A DNA stretch of 64,000 nucleotides from Colwellia sp. (lineage in GTDB: Bacteria > Pseudomonadota > Gammaproteobacteria > Enterobacterales > Alteromonadaceae), in contig JAPYOP010000004.1 in the NCBI GenBank assembly GCA_029938115.1, positions 72,752-136,751 of the forward strand, given 5' to 3'. Shown piece after piece: positions 30,732 to 41,295 of the stretch; within the stretch, counting starts at the first letter, position 1, and each line of letters begins with the position of its first letter. Both the position numbers and the translations under genes were made by a program. Under the pieces are notes generated by a model. It ran no database searches. It was not told the DNA's origin and worked only from the letters and a program-made list of their open reading frames with translations.

Positions 30732-31484
30732 ATGAAAGAACATTCACGCTTAATAATATCTTTTACCCTGACCATTTTAATGCATGCGGGTTTTATCTTT
30801 TATGTTGCTCAATCTGCAGCTATCATGCCGTCAAACGAAACATCGAGAGCCATGAAATTCAACCTTATTACTGTAAGTAAACCACAAGAAGCTGAGCAGA
30901 AAGAGAATCAGCACAGCGCCTCGCCACAGCCATCAAAAGACGTTAACTTGGCAAGTAAACCTCCTATTATTCAAACGAAGACAGCTGTAAACAAAGTGAT
31001 AAAAAAAGTACATGTTGAAAAAGAAACGCTCGTTAATAAAGAGCTAGTGCTGACAAAAGAACACGCTATCGCAAGCAATAATGACAATGAAAGAAAAGTA
31101 GAGCCTTCGCCAATTAAAACAGCAACCGCAAGTAGCCAATCGCAAGAAAAACCGGTGAAAAATTTCTCGGTTGCTCGTCAAGAAGATAACACTCTCGTAC
31201 AACAAGCTCGATTTAAAAGCCTGCCGCCAGCGCCAAGCTACCCAAGGCGAGCAAGATTACGTGGCCAACAAGGTACCGCCTTGATACATGCTCAATTAAA
31301 TATCACCGGCGAGGTGATAAAAACACGTTTAGCAAAATCTTCAGGGTTTTCCTTATTGGATAAAGCAGCAATTAAGGCGGTTTATCTTTGGGATTTTATG
31401 CCCGGTGCTACCGAACTAGGTCGTGTTCAAGTGTGGGTTGAAATCCCAGTACAATTTGTCTTGCAGCCAGTGAAGTTAGGGTAG
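30732..31484 (+). CDS. tonB: Energy transducer TonB
   Basis: N-terminal anchor helix, a P/K/E/Q-rich linker, and a TonB C-terminal domain (PSYPRRARLRGQQGTALI...SSGFSLLDKAAIKAV). Confidence 0.8.
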   Translation: MKEHSRLIISFTLTILMHAGFIFYVAQSAAIMPSNETSRAMKFNLITVSKPQEAEQKENQHSASPQPSKDVNLASKPPIIQTKTAVNKVIKKVHVEKETLVNKELVLTKEHAIASNNDNERKVEPSPIKTATASSQSQEKPVKNFSVARQEDNTLVQQARFKSLPPAPSYPRRARLRGQQGTALIHAQLNITGEVIKTRLAKSSGFSLLDKAAIKAVYLWDFMPGATELGRVQVWVEIPVQFVLQPVKLG

Positions 31485-31487
31485 TTT

Positions 31488-32147
31488 ATGTCACTTTCAT
31501 TTATGGCTTTCGGACCGATTGCCTACCCGCTAATAATATGCTCTTTTCTTGGTTTGATATTGATCACAGAACGCTTGATTTATTTTGTTCTGTGGCACTC
31601 TAGCGGCAATGCCAAACAAGTATTAAAGCAAGTACGCTCAATAAATTTTGGTGTTACACAAGCAAGCACTTTAGTTGAACAAAACCGTTTAGTTAAAAGC
31701 ACTCGACTGCTGTTACATCATGGTGGAAAAAGCCGTGAGTTACGTGAAGAAATGGTTAATCATTGGCTAACTAAAGAGCGAAATCAATTATTCAAACACT
31801 TCGGCTGGTTAACCTTATTGGCCGTTATCAGCCCAATGTTAGGTTTATTAGGTACTGTATTAGGCATTATTAAAGTATTCGCCGCCATTGCCAGTCATAC
31901 CGGTCAGGTATATCCGGCTTTATTAGCCGATGGTCTTGGACAGGCGATGTTAACCACAGCAGCTGGCTTGGCAATTGCTATCCCAGTATTAATTACTATG
32001 CATGCTCTACGGATATGGGCAAACAGTCGATTAACCCTATTAGCTGAAACCTTAAATGAAGTTAATTTATTACTTGAAGGCATAGACATCCAAGAGATAA
32101 ATAGTCTCAAGGCTCAGCATAAACCTGCTCAGGTAAATACGACATGA
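31488..32147 (+). CDS. exbB: MotA/TolQ/ExbB proton-channel protein
   Basis: 3 TM helices. Motifs ISPMLGLLGTVLGII and GLGQAMLTTAAGLAIAIP. Lies 3 nt after tonB. Confidence 0.85.
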   Translation: MSLSFMAFGPIAYPLIICSFLGLILITERLIYFVLWHSSGNAKQVLKQVRSINFGVTQASTLVEQNRLVKSTRLLLHHGGKSRELREEMVNHWLTKERNQLFKHFGWLTLLAVISPMLGLLGTVLGIIKVFAAIASHTGQVYPALLADGLGQAMLTTAAGLAIAIPVLITMHALRIWANSRLTLLAETLNEVNLLLEGIDIQEINSLKAQHKPAQVNTT

Positions 32148-32572
32148 TCCACATTGAAACAGAGCAACATAGCGGCTTTTCCGATTTGGCGGTAGATTTA
32201 ACACCGATGATAGATATTCTATTTATTGTATTAGTGTTTTTTATTCTAACCGCTAATCCGGTAGAGCACGCGCTAAAAGTAGATTTACCCGCCAAAGGTG
32301 CTGAACAAGCACAAGCGTTAATTGTTAAAAAAAGCATACAAATCACTTTATTTACCGAGGGAAAGTGGGCGATTAATGAACACAAGTTTTCTGATTGGTC
32401 ACCAACAAAAATAGCGTTAAAAGCCGCCATCGAAAATGCGCCTGAGAGCGAAATTGTCATCGCCTCGGCAAGAAACGCTTCAGTAGAGCAACTGCTTGAA
32501 CTCATGGCCTTTTTACAACAAGAAAACTTGCAAGCCGCACAAATTATGATGGATTCAGCGACGACTCCTTAA
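32144..32572 (+). CDS. exbD: ExbD/TolR biopolymer transport protein
   Basis: DLTPMIDILFIVLVFFI anchor motif. ATGA overlap with exbB. Confidence 0.85.
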   Translation: MIHIETEQHSGFSDLAVDLTPMIDILFIVLVFFILTANPVEHALKVDLPAKGAEQAQALIVKKSIQITLFTEGKWAINEHKFSDWSPTKIALKAAIENAPESEIVIASARNASVEQLLELMAFLQQENLQAAQIMMDSATTP

Positions 32573-32654
32573 CAAATTATATTTAGCACTAATGAAATTC
32601 GACATTAACTTTAATAAAACTTTAATAAAAACTTAACCTTATAAAAGGCTGTTC

Positions 32655-34844
32655 ATGAAAACTCGATCAACAATCACCAATCCGAAAAAACTAGCTGTAC
32701 TTTCTTTACTGTGCAGTACCTATTTACCTGTTTATGCAGAAGAAGCCATCACTAAACTTGAGGCAGTCACTAGTTATGGTGAACAAACAGCATTACAGCA
32801 AAGACAACAATCGCCAAACAGCATAGTGGTGATCGACCAAGCGCAAATTGAACGTTTTAATGACGCAACCGCTGGCGATGTACTGCGCCGTTTACCCGGC
32901 GTATTATTTGGTGGTGCGCCAGGTGAAAACAAAGATGTCCGTATTCGCGGTTTAGATAAAGAATACTCTCAAGTATTAATTAATGGTCGTCGTATCCCTG
33001 GTGGCGGAGAAAAACGTGAGTTTCAACTAGATCAACTTCCGGCTCAACTTATTGAGCGAATTGAAGTAATTAGAGCGCCTACGGCTGATATGGATGCACA
33101 AGGTATTGCCGGTACCATTAATATAATTTTAAAAACAATCCCCTCTGAGCCGTTGTTCAGCATTACCGCAGGTGCCAGCTTATTAAAAGACGGTGATATT
33201 AAGCCTAACATCAATCTTACCTATGGTGGACAAGAAGATGATTTTGGCTATTTGTTGAACCTGAACGTGCAACAGCGTCAATTGACAAAAAACAAAACCA
33301 AGCAAAGTTTTAAAGCCGATGGCAGCGCAGATAAGTCGGAAACAGAGCATGAAGATAAACAATTTGATGAATTACAATTTGCGCCAAGTTTTAGCTGGAC
33401 ATTATCAGACAAGGATCAATTAAGTATCGAACCTTTATTACTTGTTTCAGATGAAGACAAAACTAAAGACAAACTCAAGTTTAAAAGTGATGGCAGCATT
33501 GATGGTAAAGAATTAGAGCAAGAAGAAAAACAGCGCTTAAATTGGGCGCTTTATGGTCAATGGCAACATCAATATGGCTCAGGCAATGAATTCTCCCTTG
33601 GTATTAACCTGCAAGAAAGCAAAGAAGATAAAGAAAAAGTTAAAACTGCTTACAAGGGGGAGGATAATTTAGACAAGATAGAAAATGAAATCGAAGATAA
33701 GTCTGATCAAGAATGGGCATTAACACTAAAAAATAAAAATTATATTGGCGAGCAACATACTTTAGTAACGGGCATTGAGTTTATTGATAAAGAGCGTAAT
33801 AAAAATAAAATAAGAACCGAAACTAAAAAAGGTGAAACCAAGCCAAAAAGCGAGGCGAAAGATAAATATAATATCAATGAACAACGTTTCAATGCTTACA
33901 TTCTTGATGAATACAGTCTTAGTGAACGCCAATTACTAACACCGGGCATTCGTTTTGAATGGACAGATACTCGAGTTACTAGTAGCAGTGAGACCAACAG
34001 CACAAGTACCGATTCATTTTGGAGTCCGTCTTTACATTATTTATTCAACTGGACCGAGGCAACGAACATTCGCGCTAGTATTACCAATACAGCACGTCGA
34101 CCAAAGTTTGATGATATGGCACCTTATGTCGAGTCAAAAGATGGCACCCTTGATAAGCCAGATAAAGCAGGTAATCCTGATTTAATACCAGAAACAGCAA
34201 CCGGTTTTGATGTTGGCATTGATCATTATTTTGCCAAACAAGCAGGTAATATTGGTCTTAACGTATTTTATCGAGATATTGATGATAAAATTGAAACACG
34301 GGTAACGTTCGATTCAACCACGGAACGTTATCAAGAAACACCTGAAAATGTTGGCAGTGCGCGACTCAAAGGCATTGAGTTTGATATGAGTTTCAATATG
34401 AACTCATATGGTCTAGAAGGCCTTACTTTATCCGGCAATGTCACCTTTCTCGATGGTGAGATCACTGATCAATTAACCGGTAAAAAAACACCTTTTAAAG
34501 AACAACCTGATTATGTCTATAACCTAGGTTTTGATCATCAAATACCTTCGCTTAGTGTCAGCTGGGGCATGAATTTCAATCAAATATCAGCCCGAGAAAG
34601 TGATGAAATCAAAGATGGTAAACAAACACTAGAGTCACTTGCCATGCAAAAATATTTAGACCTTTATATTAAAAAATCTTTTGCCAATGGCTCTGAGATA
34701 CGTCTTTCGGCACAAAATTTATTGGAAGCTAATACTGATAAAAACAAAACCATTTTTAAAGGCGACGGCAATATCGACAAGTTTGAACATGATCTTGAGC
34801 AATCTAGCCGCATTATTTACTTATCATTTACAGGTCGTTGGTAA
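32655..34844 (+). CDS. TonB-dependent outer-membrane receptor
   Basis: Signal peptide, plug (GDVLRRLPGV, VRIRGLDKEYSQVLINGRR, IERIEVIRAPTADMDAQGIAGTINIILK), and barrel ending in the aromatic ...LSFTGRW. Confidence 0.9.
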   Translation: MKTRSTITNPKKLAVLSLLCSTYLPVYAEEAITKLEAVTSYGEQTALQQRQQSPNSIVVIDQAQIERFNDATAGDVLRRLPGVLFGGAPGENKDVRIRGLDKEYSQVLINGRRIPGGGEKREFQLDQLPAQLIERIEVIRAPTADMDAQGIAGTINIILKTIPSEPLFSITAGASLLKDGDIKPNINLTYGGQEDDFGYLLNLNVQQRQLTKNKTKQSFKADGSADKSETEHEDKQFDELQFAPSFSWTLSDKDQLSIEPLLLVSDEDKTKDKLKFKSDGSIDGKELEQEEKQRLNWALYGQWQHQYGSGNEFSLGINLQESKEDKEKVKTAYKGEDNLDKIENEIEDKSDQEWALTLKNKNYIGEQHTLVTGIEFIDKERNKNKIRTETKKGETKPKSEAKDKYNINEQRFNAYILDEYSLSERQLLTPGIRFEWTDTRVTSSSETNSTSTDSFWSPSLHYLFNWTEATNIRASITNTARRPKFDDMAPYVESKDGTLDKPDKAGNPDLIPETATGFDVGIDHYFAKQAGNIGLNVFYRDIDDKIETRVTFDSTTERYQETPENVGSARLKGIEFDMSFNMNSYGLEGLTLSGNVTFLDGEITDQLTGKKTPFKEQPDYVYNLGFDHQIPSLSVSWGMNFNQISARESDEIKDGKQTLESLAMQKYLDLYIKKSFANGSEIRLSAQNLLEANTDKNKTIFKGDGNIDKFEHDLEQSSRIIYLSFTGRW

Positions 34845-34846
34845 TC

Positions 34847-35533
34847 ATGAAAAAACATGTCTTCAATACACGAGTATTACATAATTGGATCAGCGTAGCC
34901 TTGGTATTACCATTGTTTATTGTTGGCATGAGTACATTTTTTATGTCCCATGATAAAGCTTTGGGTCAAGCCATTATCGGTTATACCAACGAAGCAATTG
35001 AAATAAAAGACTTGCTGAAAACCTCTGACGGTCACACTTTTTTAGCAACTAAAAATGGCGTTTATCAAGCTATTGATAATAAATTTATAGCCATTAACGC
35101 ACTTAGCAGTGAAATAAGAGTGCTTGAGCAACTTAATGATGGTCGTTTGCTGGCCGCCGGTAAATACGGATTGTGGTTGCACGACCTAGAAGGTAGCTGG
35201 CAGAAGCTTCATAATGCTGATATCCATGGCCTGCAAATATTGCCTAAAGACTGGTATTTAGTCACCAAAGAGCAAGGGGTATTGTTAAGTAGCGATCAGG
35301 GACTGAGCTGGCAGCAAGAACCGAAAATGACACAATTGCTTAGCTCCATGGCAACCAAACGTTCGTTACAACTCGGTAAGTTGATGAAAGATCTTCATAC
35401 TGGTAAAGCAATCATGGGGAAAGAGTATGAGTGGATTTGGGCAGATATTTTGGCCTTAGTACTCGTTATGCTTGCTCTTACCGGCATTTATATGTGGTGG
35501 AAGTCGCAAAAACGCAAACAGGCGCTGCAATGA
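34847..35533 (+). CDS. PepSY-associated TM-helix protein with a BNR-like loop
   Basis: TM1 WISVALVLPLFIVGMSTFF. The C-terminal DLHTGKAIMGKEYEWIWADILALVLVMLALTGIYMWW is the PepSY_TM signature. The loop contains SSDQGLSW (an SxDxGxxW BNR-type motif). Start trimmed to ATG 34847. Confidence 0.6.
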   Translation: MKKHVFNTRVLHNWISVALVLPLFIVGMSTFFMSHDKALGQAIIGYTNEAIEIKDLLKTSDGHTFLATKNGVYQAIDNKFIAINALSSEIRVLEQLNDGRLLAAGKYGLWLHDLEGSWQKLHNADIHGLQILPKDWYLVTKEQGVLLSSDQGLSWQQEPKMTQLLSSMATKRSLQLGKLMKDLHTGKAIMGKEYEWIWADILALVLVMLALTGIYMWWKSQKRKQALQ

Positions 35534-36753
35534 TAAGCCAAGTTGTATTGTCCTTATTACTTTTGATATTTACTGTTGGTGGCATAGGCATTGTGTTGTG
35601 CCAAGTAAATATTGCTTGGCAAAGCTGGCGAGGTGCTCAGCGAAATAAACAGCAACTTACAGCCCTATCCAATGCGCAACCACTGTCACTAAAAGTGATT
35701 GCTCGTCAGGAATTAACTGAGCGACACTTTAGTGTGCGTTTGCAACGCGTGAATAACAAAACATTAACTCATTTTTTACCCGGCCAATATTTAACCTTGA
35801 TGGTGGAAAACCAATCGATGAAAGGCTCTTTAGTTAAGGGAGTTCAAAAGCGATGTTATTCCTTAGCTTCTTGGCAAGAAAATACTGACAGTTATGAATT
35901 AGCTATTCAGAGAGAGGTCAATGGCCAAGTATCAACTTGGCTACATTCTAACCTACAAATCGGTACTATCATCAAAGCGCTACCGCCAAAGGGCAGCTTT
36001 GTTATTGAGCCTAAGCAAGTTCGGCATATCGTATTAGTGGCTGGTGGCATAGGCATAACTCCGCTACGTGCAATGGTGCATCAGTTCATCGCTGAAATTG
36101 CTAATGATTCATCGGCGAAAAAAACAATAAGTTTGTTTTATAGTGCTAAAACAGCTAATGAGATGTGTTATTTCGCTGAATTTACTCAACTTGCACAGCA
36201 GTATTCCTTCTTTACCTTTTATACTTTTCTATCAAAGCCTGAGAATGCTAATAGTGAACTTAACTGGCAAGGTACTATTGGTCGTATCAGTGCAGAACAA
36301 CTTACGCAGAAGCTTGAATTAGCTGAAAATAGTCATCAATCATCAAAGGAAAAGTTTATAGATAAAACGACTTGCCACTATTACATGTGTGGCCCAAACG
36401 CCATGATGGATGACTTAAAACACGGTTTAATACAGCAAGGCATCTCTGAAGCTAACATTAACTTTGAACGTTTTGGCGTTAATATTGACACTATTGGAGA
36501 TGAAAAATTCACGATAAAACTAGGTGAGAATGTTTGTATTGAGTTTAGAAAACAACGAACATTACTTGATGCTATACAAGAACAAGGTATTGAAATAGAA
36601 AGTGAATGTCGTACCGGTGAATGTGGTCAATGTAAAATAAAGCTTCAACAGGGTAGAGTTAAACAACTTATTGCAAGTGATGCCTATTTAAATGATGGTG
36701 AAATATTAACTTGTTGCAGTGTGCCAATCAGTGACTTGGTGATTGAAATATAA
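35530..36753 (+). CDS. Membrane-anchored FNR-type oxidoreductase with C-terminal 2Fe-2S ferredoxin domain (candidate ferric/siderophore reductase)
   Basis: N-terminal TM helix. FAD motif RCYSLAS. NAD motif VLVAGGIGITP. YMCGP. Plant-type 2Fe-2S cysteines CRTGECGQC...LTCC. Start at ATG 35530 gives an ATGA overlap with the upstream gene. The track start at 35431 lies inside that gene. Confidence 0.8.
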   Translation: MISQVVLSLLLLIFTVGGIGIVLCQVNIAWQSWRGAQRNKQQLTALSNAQPLSLKVIARQELTERHFSVRLQRVNNKTLTHFLPGQYLTLMVENQSMKGSLVKGVQKRCYSLASWQENTDSYELAIQREVNGQVSTWLHSNLQIGTIIKALPPKGSFVIEPKQVRHIVLVAGGIGITPLRAMVHQFIAEIANDSSAKKTISLFYSAKTANEMCYFAEFTQLAQQYSFFTFYTFLSKPENANSELNWQGTIGRISAEQLTQKLELAENSHQSSKEKFIDKTTCHYYMCGPNAMMDDLKHGLIQQGISEANINFERFGVNIDTIGDEKFTIKLGENVCIEFRKQRTLLDAIQEQGIEIESECRTGECGQCKIKLQQGRVKQLIASDAYLNDGEILTCCSVPISDLVIEI

Positions 36754-36960
36754 CCGTTAAGTTAATTCCAACTCGAAAGAAAAACAACCTAAAGAAAATT
36801 GCTTAGTCTGTAAATGAGATACTTCACTTGAACTTAATAGTTAATTACATATTATTTGTTTTTTAGACCATACTTCCTCAAGTTTAGGTAGAAGCTTTTA
36901 CTCAACTAACCTACCTTTGTTCCAGCTCATTTTTGTTTGATAAAGTACAATGGCTTCACC

Positions 36961-37293
36961 TTAATTATTTTCAATAATGTAGCTTTTGATGTTTGCTAAT
37001 CTGTAGGGCTTTTCAATTTTATCATCAAAGCACATATCCATAGCTACATCGAGTTCTCCAGTGATTAGTATTTTTTTTGATGTGCAAGTTATTGCTTTAG
37101 CAACATCTACCCCCGTTTGTTTTTTTAAGCGGTAGTCAATAAATATCATATCTGGTTTTGTCTTATTGCAATATTCTATCGCAGGTTCTTCATCAGTAAA
37201 AATAGTAATATTTATCTCATTTGAATGTAAATATTCTTCAAATATCTGGCAAAGAGATTCTTCATCATCAATATACACAACGTTGATTGACAT
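36961..37293 (-). CDS. Single-domain response regulator (CheY-like)
   Basis: 110 aa. YIDDEE, IFIDYRL, LITGE and EKPY occupy the canonical positions. aaggaa RBS. Starts 1 nt after the kinase stop. Confidence 0.8.
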   Translation of the reverse strand: MSINVVYIDDEESLCQIFEEYLHSNEINITIFTDEEPAIEYCNKTKPDMIFIDYRLKKQTGVDVAKAITCTSKKILITGELDVAMDMCFDDKIEKPYRLANIKSYIIENN

Positions 37294-37294
37294 A

Positions 37295-39124
37295 TTATTC
37301 CTTATTCATTTTTGGAAAATTGATAATAAAACATGTGTTTTTATTATTGTTATCTATGGAAACTTTAGCTCCATGGCTATCTAAAATCCCTTTTACTATA
37401 GATAAACCAAGACCTGTACCTTCATCTGCACTTTTTGAGGTAATGAAAGGTTCGAATATTGAAATATGTTTATCTAAAGGAATTCCTGAACCCGCATCTG
37501 TAATTGAAATATTATAGTGCTGTTTAGTTTCTGTCACCGATATATCCACCCATTTATCAGGAAGTTCTGATACAGCGTCTATGGCGTTATTCAACAAATT
37601 AACAATAACTTGCTCTACTTCTATTTCGTTACATTGAATTTTACTATTTTCAATATGATTACATTGCAGTTTAATGAGATGTTGCTTAAATTTTGGTCTA
37701 GTGAGTATTATAGCCTCATTAATCAAGTCATTAAGTAAGCAAACAGTATATTTACTTTTTACATCACTTCGGGAGAATTTTTTCAAGCTTTGAACTATAT
37801 GGGCAATTCGATCGCAAGATTTTAAAATGGCCGTTGATTTTTCTGATATACATTCAGGAGACGCTTTACAGCTGGTTAATTGTAATAATTCAGCGTAACC
37901 AGAAATAACACCTAACGGATTATTAATCTCGTGGGCAATACTTGCCGACAACTCGCCAAGTGCCGAAAACTTTGCGTTAACAACACTTTTTTGTCTTTCT
38001 TGATTATACTTTGTTTCAATCAGTTTACGTTCATGGATGTCTTGAATAGTACCCGATATAGTTACAATTTTGCCATCTTTATAGTTAGCTTTACCGTTGG
38101 TATATACCCACTTTATATTACCTTTGGGAGTGCTTGCTTGTAACTCTAATTCATAAGGCTCTCCAAATTCAACCGCTCTGTTAACCGCTTCTTCGATAAT
38201 GGGCAGATCTTCAGTAATAAATAACTGTAATCCATCTTCTAAGAATGGCGTTAACCCGTCAACTTTATCAACTTCTAATATCCTAAAGGTTTCATCTGTC
38301 CATGATAATTCACCCGTAGAAACAACCAACTCCCAACCGCCAACTTTTGCTGCTGAGCTTGTTTCACTGAGAATCCTAAGGGCCTTTAAGCGATCATCTT
38401 CGCTTTTAACTTTGTCCGTTATATCTTGTCTTATCGCAATGTAATGAGAAATTTTATTTTTATTAAATATAGGGATTAATATACTTTGTACATGATAGTA
38501 ACCACCCGCTTTGCTTCGGTTTGTAATGACTCCGGACCAAACCTTTCCTGCTGATATTTTTTTCCAAATATCGCTAAAAAATGAAGTAGGATGATAACCT
38601 GAATTAATTAATTTATGCGTACTACCGATCAAGTCTTCTCTTGAGTAACCTGATATATCACAAAAATTATCATTTACTTTGGTGATGACGCCTCTGATAT
38701 CCGTTTCAGCATAAATTGTTTCTTGCTCTAATGCGTCTTGTAAATTTTGAAACTGTTCTCTAATTCTAGTTTGCTCGGTAACTTCACGAGCGATCGCATA
38801 TATAAGTTCTGATTTTATATCAATATAACAATTCCACGAAAAGATTAAATAGTGACCTTTTTTGTGTCTGTATCTATTTTCAAAAAATAAAGCATATTGC
38901 CCTAAGTATAATTTTTTAAATTCTCGAGCTGTTGTTTCAACGTCATCGGGGTGTATAAAATCCAAGATAGGGGTAGATAATAACTTTTCTTCACTATAGC
39001 CTAATGTCTGGATAAATGAAGGGTTAACTGTTTGAAGGTATCCTCTTACATTAACGACACATAACATCTCAATTGATAGATTAAAAAATTGCTCGTATAA
39101 GTTGTTTTTTGCGTTGATTGGCAT
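37295..39124 (-). CDS. Multi-PAS cytoplasmic sensor histidine kinase
   Basis: Three or four PAS/PAC-like modules (for example RGVITKVNDNFCDISGYSREDLIG...GGYYHVQSILIPI). H-box SIAHEINNPLG, N-box NLLNNAIDA, G-boxes DAGSGI and GTGLGLSIV. Start uncertain: ATG 39124 or TTG 39163. Confidence 0.85.
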   Translation of the reverse strand: MPINAKNNLYEQFFNLSIEMLCVVNVRGYLQTVNPSFIQTLGYSEEKLLSTPILDFIHPDDVETTAREFKKLYLGQYALFFENRYRHKKGHYLIFSWNCYIDIKSELIYAIAREVTEQTRIREQFQNLQDALEQETIYAETDIRGVITKVNDNFCDISGYSREDLIGSTHKLINSGYHPTSFFSDIWKKISAGKVWSGVITNRSKAGGYYHVQSILIPIFNKNKISHYIAIRQDITDKVKSEDDRLKALRILSETSSAAKVGGWELVVSTGELSWTDETFRILEVDKVDGLTPFLEDGLQLFITEDLPIIEEAVNRAVEFGEPYELELQASTPKGNIKWVYTNGKANYKDGKIVTISGTIQDIHERKLIETKYNQERQKSVVNAKFSALGELSASIAHEINNPLGVISGYAELLQLTSCKASPECISEKSTAILKSCDRIAHIVQSLKKFSRSDVKSKYTVCLLNDLINEAIILTRPKFKQHLIKLQCNHIENSKIQCNEIEVEQVIVNLLNNAIDAVSELPDKWVDISVTETKQHYNISITDAGSGIPLDKHISIFEPFITSKSADEGTGLGLSIVKGILDSHGAKVSIDNNNKNTCFIINFPKMNKE

Positions 39125-39666
39125 CGTTGAAGTTCCATTATAAATTGGGAGGTTACCCACCAAGTAACCTAAACTTTCGTGGTTAACTTAGATTATTCAT
39201 TACATTCAGAGCTGGGTTAAATACTTCTTTAGCAAACATCCCTGAAATACATAATAGAATAAAGTAGGATAAATTAATTACAGACATAAATATTGTCTAT
39301 TTGAATGGTACTCTCTGTATGCACAGTCATATACGTACTAAACCTATTCTGATATGACTATCAGTCTCATGAGTTACTATTACAATATTATCATTATCGA
39401 GTATTAATTTTTCATAAAAAGGGTATTTAACCGAGTCTATATTTTTATTTTTTCTTTTGGGTTTGTCTTTGTTAGAACAATCTTCATAAGTCATAATATC
39501 ATTCTCTATTCTGTATTTAGTGGTCTAATTGCTTTATACGTCCAACTATCAGTATCTTTATGATCAGCTCATTGTTCAACTCATCTTCTCTACATTGAAA
39601 ATGTAGTTTCGCTGGTGGAACGCGTCAATAATGATACCGACTTAAGGTAACCTTCGACTGATATAA

Positions 39667-41208
39667 TTATTTAAACGTAGCACTTAACGCATCAATTATT
39701 GCCGCATTTTCATATACTTCAACACCATTTTTATTGACTTTTTGCGCCAATTCAGCATTATTTTTAGATATTTCATCAATATTAATAATACTTTGATTTA
39801 TTTGATCGGCCACCACACTTTGTTCTTCTGTTGCCGTTGCTATCTGGGATGTCATATCGCTAACATCATTAACGTTAGTAAGAATATTTTCCATAGCATC
39901 TTTTATATTTAAGGTATCTTCGGAGCATTGCTCCGCATTAGATTTGCTCACAAGCATTGTCTGACTCCATTCTTCTAAAGTTGTTTTCAACTTTTCTACA
40001 GAAGCCTGAATTTGCACTGTGGCATCTTGTGTTCTACTTGCAAGTGTTCTTACTTCATCTGCAACTACAGCAAAACCACGCCCTTGTTCCCCGGCTCTAG
40101 CAGCCTCGATTGCAGCATTTAAAGCTAATAAATTGGTTTGGTCTGCAATACCTTGAATTTCAGACATAATTGTAGAAATATTTTTAACATCTGTGACTAA
40201 GGATATTGCATTGCTCGCTGCATTTTCGACATCTCCTGTCAGATTGACTATTCTAGTTTGACTCACCTCAATAATTTTTATATTTTCATTACATTTATCC
40301 TGAATACTGACCACACTGTCATGGGTTTGAGTTGTATTTTTACTTACCTCGTCAATCGTCGCGCTCATCTCTGTAATTGCCGTTGCAAATTGCGCTAAAT
40401 GCGAATTTTCTTCATTGATACCTTCAAGCATTTCGCTGGATACTTTTTCTAACTCACTAGCAAGATTCACAAGTATTCTTCCTGAATCACTACTTCTCCC
40501 CAATATAGTTGAAACTTTCGCTTTATATAGCTCTACAGGGTAATTCATAATATTGGTCAGTCCTTTCCCTAAATAGATGAATCGAGAAGGGCTATCGGTC
40601 AACTGCTTTATTTTCGTTACTGTATTGGGGAAAACAATCAATTCTTCTGAAAAAATGATTATAATTAGAAAAAAAGACGTTAATAAAGTCACAATTGAAA
40701 TAATGGGATCCGCATATATCCAGTTAACAATACATGAAAATAAAATGATAATAGTTGCGAGAGTGCGTTTTAAGGTAATATTAGCACTGAGTTCACGAAT
40801 TGATTTACCGTTGTTTAACTGATCATATAGTTGTTGGGCTTTTATTTTTTGTTGTTCGCTCGGACATTTTCTTACTGACTGATAACCTTTTATAGTTCCA
40901 TTTTCATATAAAGGCGTTACATAGGCATCCACCCAATAATAACTACCATTTTTAGAACGATTTTTTACAATGCCACGCCATGAATCACCTTGTTTCAGCT
41001 TCCCCCATAAATCTGCAAATGCTGCTTTAGGCATGTTAGGATGACGGACAACATTATGATGTTGTCCGATTAATTCCTCAAGCGTGTATCCAGCAATTTC
41101 ACAAAATTCTGGGTTAGCATAAGTAATCCTCCCCTCTAGATCAGTAATTGATACTAATTGGACTGTTTCAGCAAACCTTATCTCATTGTTATTGTAACTA
41201 TGTTTCAT
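39667..41208 (-). CDS. Methyl-accepting chemotaxis protein with N-terminal PAS domain (Aer-like topology)
   Basis: PAS ([33 protein letters not shown]...[17 protein letters not shown]), two TM helices, and the MCP signalling hairpin ([37 protein letters not shown]). Confidence 0.9.
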   Translation of the reverse strand: MKHSYNNNEIRFAETVQLVSITDLEGRITYANPEFCEIAGYTLEELIGQHHNVVRHPNMPKAAFADLWGKLKQGDSWRGIVKNRSKNGSYYWVDAYVTPLYENGTIKGYQSVRKCPSEQQKIKAQQLYDQLNNGKSIRELSANITLKRTLATIIILFSCIVNWIYADPIISIVTLLTSFFLIIIIFSEELIVFPNTVTKIKQLTDSPSRFIYLGKGLTNIMNYPVELYKAKVSTILGRSSDSGRILVNLASELEKVSSEMLEGINEENSHLAQFATAITEMSATIDEVSKNTTQTHDSVVSIQDKCNENIKIIEVSQTRIVNLTGDVENAASNAISLVTDVKNISTIMSEIQGIADQTNLLALNAAIEAARAGEQGRGFAVVADEVRTLASRTQDATVQIQASVEKLKTTLEEWSQTMLVSKSNAEQCSEDTLNIKDAMENILTNVNDVSDMTSQIATATEEQSVVADQINQSIINIDEISKNNAELAQKVNKNGVEVYENAAIIDALSATFK

Positions 41209-41295
41209 TATTATTTAATTCCTTTTTATTGTGAAATTCATTAGAAATAAAAACACCATCTCTAAATTATGACTTAACCTAAACATGGCATGGTT

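Noticed and set aside
39324-39494. 56-codon minus-strand ORF (MTYEDCSNKDKPKRKNKNIDSVKYPFYEKLILDNDNIVIVTHETDSHIRIGLVRI*) in the 500-bp gap between the PAS kinase and the MCP gene.
   Set aside because: No recognisable motif, no convincing RBS, and it sits in an AT-rich spacer where short ORFs arise by chance. Not reported as a gene, but worth a ribosome-profiling look.
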